Below the pieces are notes generated by a model, which made no database searches, was not told the origin of the DNA, and was given only the letters and a program-made list of their open reading frames with translations. The translations under genes and the position numbers were made by a program. A DNA stretch of 63,995 nt, the filler included, from Catajapyx aquilonaris (Eukaryota), in the NCBI GenBank assembly GCA_000934665.2. It is 4 parts of 4 records of this genome, joined end to end, with 100 filler letters (N's around TTAATTAATTAA, not from the genome) between each part and the next. Parts side by side here need not be neighbours in the genome. Positions count along the whole stretch, not along the records: positions 32,163 to 48,135 come from JYFJ02007330.1; positions 48,236 to 63,995 come from JYFJ02007398.1; 2 more parts are not named here. The stretch is one strand, 5' to 3'. Positions 39,356 through 52,300 of this stretch are shown here, piece by piece (the stretch's first letter is position 1; each line of letters starts with the position of its first letter).

Positions 39356-40220
39356 TAGCCCAAGGGGGTATAGTCACTCAAAAAGTGTACACCGGCTCTC
39401 TTGAGTTGCGGCTCTCCGCGGCTCTCCCCCGGCTCTCCCCCGGCTCACCAGCAGGCTCACCCACGGTCTTATGGGCTCACCGATGCCTCGGAGAGCCGCA
39501 GAGAGCCACGGAGAGCCTCGGAGAGCCAACTACGTCACAAAAAAATCAGTTCGAAACTACGGTTTTTATTAGCTTAATTGACCTTTGCCCCCTAACAGAG
39601 GGGTCAAGGGGTCATGGAACGGAGGTCACTTTTGGTCAGTTTTTCTCCTATTGGGGTCGGCCACCTACCCAACAAATTTGAAGAAAATCGGTTGGAAACT
39701 ACGGGATTTGCTAACTTGACCTGTGCCCCCTAAAATAAAGGTCAAGGGGTCAATATGACCAGGTCATTTCATGTAGGTTTTTCATCCATTTTGGTGGGCC
39801 ACCTACCCAACAAATATGAAGAAAATCGGTTGGAAACTATGGTTTTTATTACCTTAATTGACCTTTGCCCCCTAACAGATGGGTCAAGGGGTCATGGAAC
39901 GGAGGTCACTTATGGTCAGTTTTTCTCCTATCGGCCACCTACCCAACCAAGGGGGTAGTCACTCCTCAAAAAAGTGTACACCGGCTCTCCACGGCTCTCC
40001 CCCGACTCATGCACCAGCAGGCTCACCCACGCCACGGTCTTATGTGCTCACCGATACCTCGGAGTACCTCGGAGAGCCGCAGAGCGCCACGGAGAGCCAA
40101 CTACGTCACAACCCGCGGGGTTGATGATATGACGTCAAAATGACGTAGTTTTCCGTCGGCTCTCTGTGGCTCTCCTCGGCTCACCGCGACTCACCAGTGA
40201 TGGTGTACACCGCGGCTCTC
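39356..40220. repeat. Composite interspersed repeat with duplicated GGCTCTC/GAGAGCC and GGGTCAAGGGGTCA blocks
   Basis: 39356-39540 resembles ~39945-40090, and 39545-39700 resembles ~39825-39945. Confidence 0.6.
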
Positions 40221-40350
40221 TGAATGGTGCTTCCCTCCCGGAGTTTTCGCCCCCGTAATATTCGCCCCCTTCAAGGTCGCACAAGGTTAGGTGAATGTAA
40301 CTGACAGAGAACAATGGAATCCTCCTATACTGTACACACGTCGGATATTA

Positions 40351-40399
<49 letters not shown>

Positions 40400-40789
40400 T
40401 TACTTTATTTTGAGCACAAAAGCGATTTTACCGTATACCGTACATGTCATTCCGTACAGTACACCGTACAAAGGAGTAAATTTCCGTATGCCCCGACAGT
40501 TACCGTACAGGTTGGCAACGCTGGCACGGCGCTCAGCGCTCGCCCCCACCCGCCGCGCCGCGCCGTTGCCAGGCCACACACAAGGCCAGCTCACGTCTGT
40601 AGAAATGATCTGAGTCTGAGGGATGACCGTAGAGCAGCCCAGCCGAATGCCTCAGAGTGGAATATGTAAAGGGGGCGAAAACTCCGGACACAATTTTAAA
40701 TTTATTTACTTCATTTGTCAGGGTAATTTTTGATAAGATTTAAAATAAAGTGCCATTAAGTCCAAGGCCGTTTCTCATCGTCGTCGTCG

Positions 40790-40827
<38 letters not shown>

Positions 40828-42030
40828 TATTCTTTTCTTTTTTTTGCCTCACATCGCTACAGGTACCCTACCACGTGCACCGAAGGTGCACCAGAATATT
40901 AGGCCCACATAATGTAGAAACGCCGCTAAAATAGCTGTACAAGTAGTGTCCCTGTTGTATCAAGTATGACAGAATAGGCTAATATTAGATGACGGGAGGT
41001 GTGACGATTGCACTCATTGTCAGTAAGCTCAATTAAAGCATAATATTATTACCCGACAATAAGATACTTTTCATAAACAAATTCCACACGCAAAACTCCT
41101 GAAATCAGTGTGTACATTATTTTTATTATGCAACTCATTTGTTACATTTTTAAGATCGATTATATGAACATGACTGTGTTAAGGGTAATTCCGAGTAATT
41201 TCGGAGTCAGTCTATGTGTAAACAATAGCTATAACGCCGCAGTTAACCAAGGTACGTACTCCGGTGTACACCTGCGGGTGGTACTCCCAGGTACTCCTCC
41301 GGTACCTCTACCTTTATTACTCCTTGGTAGGCCTACTCCTTGAATTTGGTACTCCAGTGTACACTTTTCAGTGGAGTGATTACCCCCTTGCAGTTAACCT
41401 TAACTGGTGTTCACACAACCAGGCCTTATTAAGGTTAAACCTATTTCGGTCCAACAACAACAAATCGAACTAGCACGTGTCACGTTCATGACACTGAGGG
41501 ACATACAAAGGAGAACTGAACTGGAAAGCCAACTTTCTTTGAGATAAGCGCATTGAAGCGTTGCCCATAATCGACTCTATCAAAGCAACACACGCCACAT
41601 ATTTAGTACCAAAAGTTTGTTTGACACTCTCTAAATTATTGTTAACTTACTAGTAAATGAAGCTTTTCATCAACTGTGGGGAACTGTGGGGCCCTCCAGG
41701 CAATTTTTACTGCTAAATTCACAACTGAGTCACCCATTTTAAGATTCGGGAATTAGTAAGATTCAAGTGCAATGATGCAAAAACCTAGTGCTCACCTGTC
41801 GTGAAATCGTAGCTATGTCCGCCACTCTGCAGGCCAATACAGTGGTGAAAGTTCTTACATAAGTAGCTTGGATGATGCCATGTGGACATTTGCCAAGCAT
41901 GTACCAGGCTGACGTTAGTCGCGTCATACACTCATAGTTTCAAAGGACATGTGAAGCTCAAGACTGCACGTAAGCTGCACAGTCCGGTTCATTCATGTAC
42001 GCGTACTGTACCTCATGTGTGAATGACTAA

Positions 42031-42840
42031 TTCCCGAAACTCACAAGGGAATTTCACACATTATAAATAGATTTGCTGAATGAAAATTGGCAGGATAACA
42101 TAGGCAGGTAAGTCATTCACCAAAATGCAAACTGTTTCGGCTGAGCGATACAAGGTCAAAAGTTATGACCTCCCTGAGAGCTTACCTAAGACAGGAGGGT
42201 AAAGCACTGGAAGATGAAAGGAAGGATAACAAATTAGCATTTTTGCGTGTTTTTAATTGTGTTCAAAACAAAACAAGCAAATATGAATTCTAAGGTGTCA
42301 AAAACCGATATTTTTCATACAGCATGTTTTTCTTTACATGCACGTGGGTTTCCGTGGGCCTGTTTGTGACATGTTTGGTACGAATCGAGTATGAAAGGAT
42401 ACGTTTTCGGTATATTAGAATTCATATTATTTTGCTGTCAGAAATGCAAAGAGAGACGTCCTTAAAAAAGTTTCCGGATTATTTTAGAAGGTCCACTTCC
42501 CTACCTGCTCTAAGCCCCATGAATGTGGTTTTCTTATCTGCCTGGCCTCCGTGGATTTCCCAAACCCGTGCACTGTTGCAATTTAGAGCTCTGCTGATCA
42601 GAGTAATCAGCCCTTTCCAAAGATGTAATAAAATGTATGCTTTTTTGAGCGCAATATCTGAAACTTCGCTCGTAAGGTTAGCTGTCCGCGATGACGTCGA
42701 GAGGTCATAACTTTTGACCTTGTAGAGCTCAGCCGAAACGGTTTGCATTTTGGGGAATGACCTGCCTCTATTATTGTGCCAAGTATCATTCAGAAAATCT
42801 ATCTACACATTAGTGAAGTGCCCTTGTCAGTATCTGGAAA
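42031..42840. mobile_element. Non-autonomous element with ~140-bp diverged inverted arms
   Basis: ..CAAAATGCAAACTGTTTCGGCTGAGC..ACAAGGTCAAAAGTTATGACCTC is mirrored at ~42700-42840. Confidence 0.65.
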
Positions 42841-43370
42841 CTTCCGAACTTTTGCACTACCTCGCGGTGAATTATTATTCCTTGGTTTCCGCAGATTTCT
42901 TGAGCAGTTATATAGCTTATTTGTAGTATTTTAACTAAGGCCTGATTCTAGCAGAAGAAAATGTATAAGAAACCTCGATTATAGGATACTGTAGGCTACT
43001 GATTTCCGAGGTGACTTGAAGTCTCTTAAATCTTAAGTCAACTGTATTATGAAGTTTAAATGATTTATCCCAAAAACACACAGCAGTATATTGGCACATA
43101 TCTTTAACCACTGCTACACACAAACACCATGTCAATCGCAGCATTTTTCATGCCATGGTACCAGATTTTGTGGGTCCATAAGCATTTGTCATGCATCCTC
43201 CAAGTGTCAAAAGGCTCTATTCACAAAGGCTGTTTCCCATCCACATCATTCCCATTCTGCCTGTGTTGCTGTAAAATTCTTCATGTGAAGGTGAATGACA
43301 TCAGTTGGGGCTTTAAAAAATTGGAGTGTCGAGTATAATACTCAAATGCTTATCCATAGGAATACAACTA

Positions 43371-43970
43371 CAGTAAAACTTCCATAAGTCGAACTTCCCT
43401 AAGTCGAAGTTCTCTATAAGTCGAAGAAAATGATGAGCTTGGTTGGTCACAATGTAAAATAATAGGAAATAAACTTCCCTAACTCGAATTTCTATAACTC
43501 GAAGTTCTACATATCTCGAAGTGCAGGCATGGCCTTACGATGGGATATCAATGCATTTTCAGTCTCCCTAAGTCCAAGTTCATGTTGGCGAGTACGGAAA
43601 TTTTCTTCTCATTTCCCAGCCGCAGGGTCGAGAGTAGGCCACATGTACAGAAAGGCTCAATTTCCTGTCTGTCTACCAGTAATGACTCATGCCATCTGTA
43701 CCTGGTCCTTTATTAAAAGTGAGAGCCAATCTAAGAGTAGGCAAATGTCTATAAGGAGATTTCTTTGCAACAAAACGACGAGGAACATTGTAAGTGTGAT
43801 CGTGACAGATATTGTTAAGTTTTGAACACCTTTTGTCGCTGGATATAAAGGTATAGGCTTCCTTATGGAGTTATGTGCTTTAAAAATTCCAAACTTCTCT
43901 AACTCGAATATTCTATAACTCGAAGTTTTTTCCTGGTCCCATGGAGATTCCACTTATAGAAGTTTTACTG
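43371..43970. mobile_element. pogo/Tigger-like MITE (copy of the 20545-21133 family)
   Basis: TA-CAGTAAAACTTC...GAAGTTTTACTG-TA. Confidence 0.87.
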
Positions 43971-44459
43971 TATCTGATGCAAGGTTTGTATACTGTGTCA
44001 GAGTTACTATGGCAACCCGACCATAAAGGAGGTTTGTATACTGGATCCAACTTTAGAAGGCAAATCCCACCCACCACATTATCTGAATGCCAACCACTCC
44101 AGACATCCCTAACATGATCACTGACTCTGAGGGTGATAAGAGGCTTGGTAAGAAGAGGAGTCATCATTCCATTCTGGCAGCAATGTCTGAGGTACTACAG
44201 TGCGAGTCCCGAGTATAAAGTTGGAGATGGCAGGCCCTCCCCTTGGGGAGGGTGCTCTGCCAATCCCTGTCATTACGGTATCAAATATGTAGTTATAAAT
44301 ACACGAACACATGCCTAAAGCAGCTAACTGGGTCCAAAGAGTCAATTCATTTGAGTCGGATAATGGAAGGTCAGACTAGGCCCACAGCATCTCCTACTTG
44401 CTCCATGCTTGGGGACCATGGTTATAGAAGACTCAGGTTAGGTCACTCCCCACCCACCC

Positions 44460-44726
44460 CCTGCCGAGGGGTTTTGCAGAGGGTGCTCACCTGAGACCGC
44501 CATGAGACATTTCGGAGCCACTATAAGTGGCGACCCTACCGGACTATAGGCTGAACTTTATAGATACGAAGGGGAGGGCTACATTGGGGGGCCCAACATG
44601 GCCGGCGCCCTCCCCTTCGTACGTATAAAGTTCAGCCTACAGTCCGGTAGGGTCGCCACTTATCGTGGCTCCGAAATGTCTCATGGCGGTCTCAGGTGAG
44701 AACCCGCTGCAAAATGCCTCGGCAGG
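44460..44726. mobile_element. Palindromic MITE (family of 7218-7512)
   Basis: ~115-bp inverted arms sharing GGCGACCCTACCGGAC and GCTGAACTTTA. Confidence 0.78.
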
Positions 44727-45518
44727 TGATAACGCCAGAACGTAGTATAAGTGTCCGTGGGCTGTTGGGGACCTTGTGTCAATATTAGAGAACTCTATTG
44801 TTCAAGGCCTCCTCTTGCAGTTCTAACAGTGCAAAAACCTAAGATTACTAATATGATGATTTTGCTGGTGCTGTACCAAACTGACAATTACATTGCCCAG
44901 ACAAATGCTCCAATGTCCTTGCTCAGTAGCTTAATCATTCAACATCTAGGATATAGAGTTCATATGAATAAAATTAATTCACTGATATCACAATATTTAT
45001 TGACTTTTCCATATACTGAACTTGTATCATTACAGACATCTTGGTGTACATTTTCTTTTTCATTGTCAATGTCTGATTAATTGTTCCAAACAGCAGTAAG
45101 CCAGGGGCTTTTCTTAAAACAGTTCTTTTTTTCATTGTTTGGAGCAAATTAACATGAACATACTGTAGTAGAAAAACCATTACGAATTAATGCTTTATTA
45201 TTGTCTACAATGGCACAATAGTAATCACTTCTCAGTTGCTTATTGCTCATAAGCAGCCCCCTGTCACTTCTCCCCTAGTTGTAGCCTATGGATACAGTAG
45301 TTTAATTCGTGTGTCTCCGCCAGGCCCTGATTTTGGTGCTGGCAGCGCTACAGCATCCGCTATCCTGGTAAGTCTGTGGAAGGAAAGAAAGATCGAGCCA
45401 TTCGCGGCAGACTACCCGCTACCTAGCACCAGAGTTGCACCTTGATCAAGATGGCGGCGTAGCAAACCAATACCATATTCGAGGAGTGGCATAGGGCTGC
45501 TCATAAGATATCCTTGAC

Positions 45519-45870
45519 TCAATGCTTTTTGAAATTCCAAGCGTTCACAAGACCATCATAAAATGAGCACGAAGCCATTGTATGGACATGAGAAGGCTCC
45601 GTATCATTTTCTCCAAGAATCATGCTTCCATACTTCCAGTCCACACCATATGCTAGACTCCCATGGCCCTTGTACCAAGCCAAAGGAATAAGCTTGCTTT
45701 TTGAACTATCCAGGGTGAAGACTTGGACCCCCTTCTCCATGCATGCAGCAGCCAGATGATTTTCAGTTTCTGGGTCCCACTTCAGTCTCCAAACTCCCCC
45801 ACCAGTCTCAGCCACTGTGACCGGTGATTTCATGGTTCTTGTATCCCAAAGCCTGATTTTCTCATCAAAG
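45519..45870 (-). CDS. DPH7: Last exon of diphthine methylesterase DPH7 (WDR85)
   Basis: TTTCAG acceptor, then (S)FDEKIRLWDTRTMK..GGGVWRLKWDP..AACM..HGSLAYGVDW..ASCSFYD and a stop. Upstream exons were not found in this contig. Confidence 0.85.
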
Positions 45871-46834
45871 CTGAAACAATGGATGATGTAGATATTATAC
45901 TGAGTGATGTACTTGCCTGAACCTCCCTAGTTTCAAAGAGCAGTAAAAAATAGAAATGCAGAGGTATTTAAAGGTTTGGTCGTTTAAACGGTCTGGAGAC
46001 TACAAGTTTCATCCTGAATTTTTGGATTGACCTATGTGATGCTGTGGTGCTCCTGTGAGGGATGCTGCCAGAAGATGCAAACATAGCATATACAGTGGGA
46101 GAAATGCAAGTTGTGTGGTGGTTAGTCGAGTTGAAGTCAATCACAGATGAAGTGCTGGACAAGCCGGATATTTTGCCTTTCCACAATTCCAAGACAGAGT
46201 CTATGCAACTAAAGTGGGGAGCCCAAATAATGAGTTGTCATCCATCACCCCTGACATGCTGGAGAGAACCTCGGTTTAAAAGTATGCTTGGACTAAAGGA
46301 GTACACTTGGAAGGCTACTATGATTTTTTTTTACATAAACTTCCTTCTCAGTGTGTCCCCTTCTCATTTGTACAATTTCGACACCATGGTCCAGTAACTT
46401 GGGTAATAGTAGCCAGTTAAAACTAGGGAGGGTCATTGTGGACACCCTGTACAGTGAATTAGTACAGGTTACATGCATCACTGTCTTGTATTGACTGATA
46501 GTGATATTATTATCAGCAAACTTGACAGTAAACAAAACACACTCTTTAGAGTAGGTTACTTACTCAACAGTATTATCTAGGTTCTGTTACATAGTCGACT
46601 GTATAATTGGCCCTGACAGGGCAATGAAATTGAAACAGTTATTACGAAACGGATGAGATGAAATTGACAAAATTGCATTTTTCTTAGTGCAAATCCTGCA
46701 GTGATAGGCCCTGCCCTTCACAATATTTACATTTATTTAGTAGGTAATACAGTCATTCTGTAATTTGTTTTTCAAGTCCATGAAGTGCAGGACTCCCAAG
46801 CGCCTGCTGTGGTACATCATTTCAATTATGCAAA

Positions 46835-47152
46835 GGGGGCATGGTGGTCTAGTGGCCATGCTACTGGTCAGCCAAACGGGAGGTACGGGATTCAAATCCC
46901 ATCCCAGTCACCTTTGCTTGGTCGGGTATTTTTTAAAAGCTTTTCACCCTACGTGTCTGGGCAGACTTGTACTCCCTTCTCTGCTCAGGGCCAAGAGAAA
47001 AGGTCTGGCTTTAAGGACTGTCTGAAATGACTAGAAACTAGTTACAGAGCCCTCCCTTGGGAACCTGCCCTACCCCCATGCCCACACCCGTGGACCAGGG
47101 CACTGCAATGCAACATACTGATGTATTGAGTGTAAAACGCTAAATAAATAAA
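46835..47152 (+). mobile_element. tRNA-derived SINE (family C)
   Basis: GGGGGCATGGTGGTCTAGTGG (A box), GGATTCAAATCCC (B-box variant) and a (TAAA)n tail. No clear TSD. Confidence 0.7.
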
Positions 47153-47706
47153 GGTCCACGTAATAGTACCTCTAAGGAGGTCTGTACAGTGCTGGACACA
47201 TTAGCTGTCTCTGAATGTTAATTTTTCGTCGGCGACGGCGTGCGTTACCTGGCAACCCCTGCCGGTGGGCCAATTTAAACACCAGCATATGGAGAGTGCT
47301 TATTGTGTCCTTTCCATAGTTGCCACTGTTTACAAAACGAGTGAGTGACGCGGACGACCCAGCGACGGGTCTCTGCCTGCTTACACATCAGTAGCACGGG
47401 ATACGCAGGGAAAAACGGGAAAATAATGATGTTAGAAGCAAGTCATTTTGGGGGAATGTTCCCTGCTGGACTCAAAGAAAGTTTTTCGTCCACAGCACAT
47501 GAAATATATTCCATCGCTGAGGAGGGGGTGTCAATTAAGATCAGGGGTGTGCTAATTGAAAGTGCGTCAACTGATGGATTCTTTTGGTTTTTGTGTCTTT
47601 TACACCTTGCTCTATTACACTAAAAATTTTAAAAGTACTGTTTCAGTTTAATAGACGCAAGCACCCAGCCCGCTTTCTGGCGGGAATAGATGGCGATACT
47701 TTTAAA

Positions 47707-48135
47707 TCTCTATATCTATAAATAAGGAAGTTTGTGAGTTTGGGAGTTTGGATGTTTGTCCCTTATAGAAATCCAGGGGAAGGCCCTTACACCGCCTTAA
47801 ATTAGCATATCGGGGGTTACATTTTCCAAGGAATCTAACGCCGCATGTTTCAGCTTCCGAAAATGAACCTAACTCCCACAACACGCATATTCCCGAATCT
47901 TCTCACTACTCGGGCCTCAACAATTCACTTACATAAAAATCAAATAACAATATATCAATTCACATTCCCATGGAAATGCCTTTATGCAAAAAAAAAACAA
48001 CCATTGCAGTAAATTCAACGCATCCACCAATTACGCTCATTGGCCACCTCACGTGAGTTCGTATCGTATGGTCATTCTGGGATTTTGTGGGATTTGAAAC
48101 TAGACTAAATATATAATAATACAATAATAAATACA
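47707..48135 (+). mobile_element. Possible non-autonomous Helitron 5' portion
   Basis: Starts TC(TC)TATATCTATAAATAAG followed by GTTTG-like repeats, as in insect Helitron derivatives. The 3' end is not seen. Confidence 0.4.
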
Positions 48136-48235
48136 NNNNNNNNNNNNNNNNNNNNNNNNNNNNNNNNNNNNNNNNNNNNTTAATTAATTAANNNNNNNNN
48201 NNNNNNNNNNNNNNNNNNNNNNNNNNNNNNNNNNN
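48136..48235. other. Artificial contig spacer
   Basis: 100 nt of N with TTAATTAATTAA. Confidence 0.95.
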
Positions 48236-48544
48236 TGATGCAGAAGGATTTTACGCTCCTCTGGTCACACAGGATGAAACCTGGGTACCTCTACCTGTTC
48301 CCGAACATGAAGAAACACCTGCGGGGTCGACTTCATGGGAGTGACGAAGAGGTCAAGGCAGCTGTGGAGGACGTCTTGGGGGGGTGAGATTCTTCCTTCT
48401 ACCAGAGCGGTTTGGAGAAGTTGCCACGAAGATGGACAAAGTGTATTGACTGGTGTGGGTACTATGTTGAGAAATAAAATTGTTTCTTTGTCATGTCTCG
48501 CGTATGTCTACTTGAAACCACGAACTTATATAACACCCCTCGTA
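48236..48544 (+). mobile_element. Internally deleted mariner 3' fragment with TIR
   Basis: DETW, then YLFPNMKKHLRGR..SDEEVKAAV..FYQSGLEKLPRRWTKCI..GYYVEK* (broken frames). Ends ...AACACCCCTCG-TA. Confidence 0.8.
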
Positions 48545-48554
48545 CCTACCATTA

Positions 48555-49247
48555 TTGGACAAGTTATGTGCAGAGCTTTCCCGTCGTATGGAAGCATATA
48601 ACAAAGTTAATCGTCTATTTGGGTTCCTCGTAGAGTTCCCTACGAAGACAGACGCCGAAATTAAAGAAGCTGCCCAAAGATTTAGAGATAATTACCCTGA
48701 GGATACCGAGTTGGAGTTTGCAGATGAAATGGTCCATTTCAAGTATTTCATATCACAGGTAGAAGATGTCAAAGCTGATGAAACAGTGCCAGCATCACGA
48801 TCGTACAAACTCATTTTTGAAAACAAGGTACAATCAACGTTCCCAAATGTCATGACAGCAATGCGAATTTACAGGTGTCTCATGATAACAAACGCTACTG
48901 GCGAACGAACCTTTTCAAAGTTGAAACTTCTGAAAAATTGTCTCCGATTTCAATGACACAACACCGTTTGAACGCACTTGCAATTATGGCCACTGAATAC
49001 GACGTGTTGCAAAAGGTGGACTTTCAAGACATCCTGAAAGATTTCACGACAAAAAATTGAGGAAGGTGAACGTTTGAAATCTTTAAATGAAATTATTGGT
49101 TAACAATATTGTGTAATATTGTTGAATAAAATTGGTGTATCAAAATTATTGGTTAGTAAAATCAAAAACTTATTGGAAGATAATTTGCAAGGGGGCCCCC
49201 GAGATTTCGACTGCCTAGGGACCTCCACAGGGTTTAATCCGGCCCTG
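48555..49247 (+). mobile_element. hAT transposon 3' part (dimerisation domain, frameshifted) with TIR
   Basis: FPNVMTAMRIYRCLMITNATGERTFSKLKLLKN.LR and MTQHRLNALAIM. Terminus TAATCCGGCCCTG. Confidence 0.85.
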
Positions 49248-49381
49248 ATTCCAGTGATTACTTGGGAATGAATTAATATCGGAATTCAGTACATTCGGAG
49301 GTGTAGGGAAGGAAGGCGCAGGTTGATATCGTTCTGTGGTGTAGTGTCCTGTACAACTAGAATTCAAAATATTTCAAAGCT

Positions 49382-52300
49382 TTATTGCATGAAGATTGCA
49401 AATATGATTGTCTGCAGCATCAGTAACAGAAACGTAGCTGACGGAATGCGTTGTTCCCCAGCGTTTCCTTCCGGACGTATCTGCTTTATCTTGTTGGTTG
49501 ACAAGACCCACCTGAAAGTGTATTAGTTGTTATTATCCAACATAATCAGCACTTGAGGAATGAGAGTCTTACTTCGATGGAAGGCGGCAGATTGCCTCAT
49601 GATAACACTTGGCCACAGCTCCTCTAAAGACACAGTATGATTTCTCAGGCCAGAAGCGGAAGGCTACTGAACGGCAAGCTGTGATGGACCCATAGAATAA
49701 GCAGTAATTCCTTTGAAAGATAATTGCTGAGCTAACAGGATGATCATCGACTGCATAAGGTGGAGACGGATTTGACAGGACTGCTCTGGCCCCATCCAAG
49801 GACAGTACATCCAGCGTGTGCACGTTCTTGTTGCGAATGGCTCCGCTGTAGTTGGATAGGATATTCCAAATGTTCCAGATCGTCAGGTTCCTTTTCAGTA
49901 CCTCCTCTAGGGGCATGAGCGACTGAGTCTTGTCTAGAAGTTCTTGCATGTCGTCCAAGTACTTATCGGTCAGTTCCAATGAGTGCATACACTGTCCATC
50001 CAGAGTTCTGAAGGTAGAAGCAGAATGTATGTAGACTGTAGAGTACAATAGAGGTCACTCCCTGATGCACATGCACACAAAGGCATGACCTGATAGTTCA
50101 GTGGCCTACAGGGTGTTCATTACTAGTGGGTCTTCTGCATTACGCAATGAGTAATTCCGTATGTTAGGGTCATTTGCGCTCTATAAACCAATCCCTTGTC
50201 TATGTGGAGAGGCCCATGTGTTGATGTGTCTAGTTGTCTACCTCATTACTGGTTGATCCCACGACATTATTTTCTCACCCCTACATTTTAGACTTATTTT
50301 GGGGGGAAAAGATTATGCTGGCGGCCCCACTAGTATGAAACATCCGAGAAACACTACCTATATAGTGACTCCGGTACTGTACCTTCTCACGGCGGTACAG
50401 TACTTTTTGAAATAGGGTTTATTGGCAGGTCAGTGGCAAAAATAACTTCGAAGTCTATGAAGAAAAATTATATTTGTACACATAAGCCCCTCATTATCTT
50501 ACTTATGTCGAAGGTATAGGTTATAGGTTACGTCGATATTAATTTTACGTATATACTTATGATATGACTTAAGATGTAATAATCGAAAATGTACTGCCAT
50601 AATTTAATGTAATATTAATAGGGAGGCGGAGTGGCGCTGTGGTAACGTACGTGCCCACGGATGCTAAGGTCCCGGGTTCGATCCCAGCCCGGGGACACCC
50701 CCTTCATCTCGTGCAGAGTTGGGTCGTCTCTGGCTTCGTCTCGGGTGGAATTTCCGCTAGACATATCCACCCAGGGGAGTTCACAAATTATGTACCATCT
50801 TGGAAACTTTTTGCACTGCACATTGCACATCCCCTCCTGTCATCCTGCCCGATTCAAATGAATATGCACCAAAATGTAACACCGACGATCAATAAAGAAT
50901 AAATAAATGTCAAAGTGCTTGTACCCAAGGGGTCAGAAGCACTACCCACAATTATTTAAAAAAATAATAATAATAAAGTAATATGAATATAATATGAATC
51001 ACCTTGGGGAAAATGATTGTGCTATATTTTGTAACTGAAATTGGTAACCAAGATAATTATGTTAAATCAATTCCAGTGCTTCTTATCGTGTAGGCCTACT
51101 GCACACATTATTAATAAGTTATATTACCGGTATATTTGCACTAAATTCACGTTATGCACTTTTCTTATTATTGAGATGACACCGAGAGGTCCTATAGGAA
51201 GTCGAAGAAGGGAAATATACTAACTGACAACAAGTGGCACACATGTCGAAGCCTGATGATGGACACTGGCATTCGTCAAGTCCCAATCGGATGCATTCGA
51301 TGCTCTGACACTTTTCTCGGAAGCAAGCAGTACCTCCAACCGGCATCAAGGATCCGCATGGGGTTCCATGGGGAGGGTGGGTGCATAGCCCTTTATCGCA
51401 GTTGATTCGGGTGGCGCACACGTCTTCGTCTACTGTGCAGTCCTGTGTAATGTCAGAAATATGAATTATTTATTTGAGGCATGAGGTCTTGATCAGCATC
51501 TCGTTCAAAAAGACATTTCACAGTCGAGGAGTAAATCACAGAATATGACAAAATCACTTTTTCATCAAAAAATATTATTGCCTGAACATAGAGTGTGGCT
51601 TAGGTCAGTAGCATTCTGTCACCGACTGATTTACCCCTCGGTTGCACTTTCGTTGACTGACAATGCCGATGTTAGTTAGGTTCTTCCAGAGACAGTTGCT
51701 GGAACAGCAAGGCCCTTGAGATGTAGAACAGATGTAGCCTTTGTCTTTCAGTATCATGCATTCATGCTGGCTTCCCCGAGGTCCGCAGCAGTTGTCTCTC
51801 ATCTGACATTGAGAGATTGATCCACAGTCACATTGCTCGTGCTTTTCCACCAGGCCGTTTCCACAGAAGGAACGATACACCCGGAGCAGGCAACTTCCTT
51901 GGAGCTCTAGAATATTTCTCATGCGCACCACGCTGCAGGCAGAGAACTGCCAATTGTTGGCTTTTTTCCCATCTTTGAATTGAGGAGCCATGATGTACGA
52001 ACCCAGATGGCTGCCTCCGCTCAAACAAGAAGGGTTCAGGGTGTCGTCGTCTCGAGCTCCGAAGGAGTGGCCCAAGGTGTGAAGCAAGTTGACGATTATG
52101 ATCTGGAAGGCAGAGAGTCAATATGCTACTGCCAAAAACATGTAGCCAGATCCACCTATATTGGTCATCACCTTGCTTGGAAGGACTTTATTATTTTCGT
52201 CGCAGGTTGTAATTGCGAGTGAATTCATGCTCAATAGTTCACCTGAGCCTTGCTTGGGTGTCCGCTGTGTTTGGCATATGCCACCCATCTCTTCAGGTGG

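Noticed and set aside
39109..39681. 190-aa ORF
   Set aside because: Runs across interspersed repeats with no domain signal.
47245..47340. Upstream DPH7 exon
   Set aside because: A minus-strand CAG|GTAACG donor exists, but no frame gives convincing DPH7 sequence.
50621..50700. tRNA gene (also ~1550-1625, ~19532-19610, ~46835-46910)
   Set aside because: A and B boxes are present but there is no convincing cloverleaf. Each continues into a SINE body and tail.
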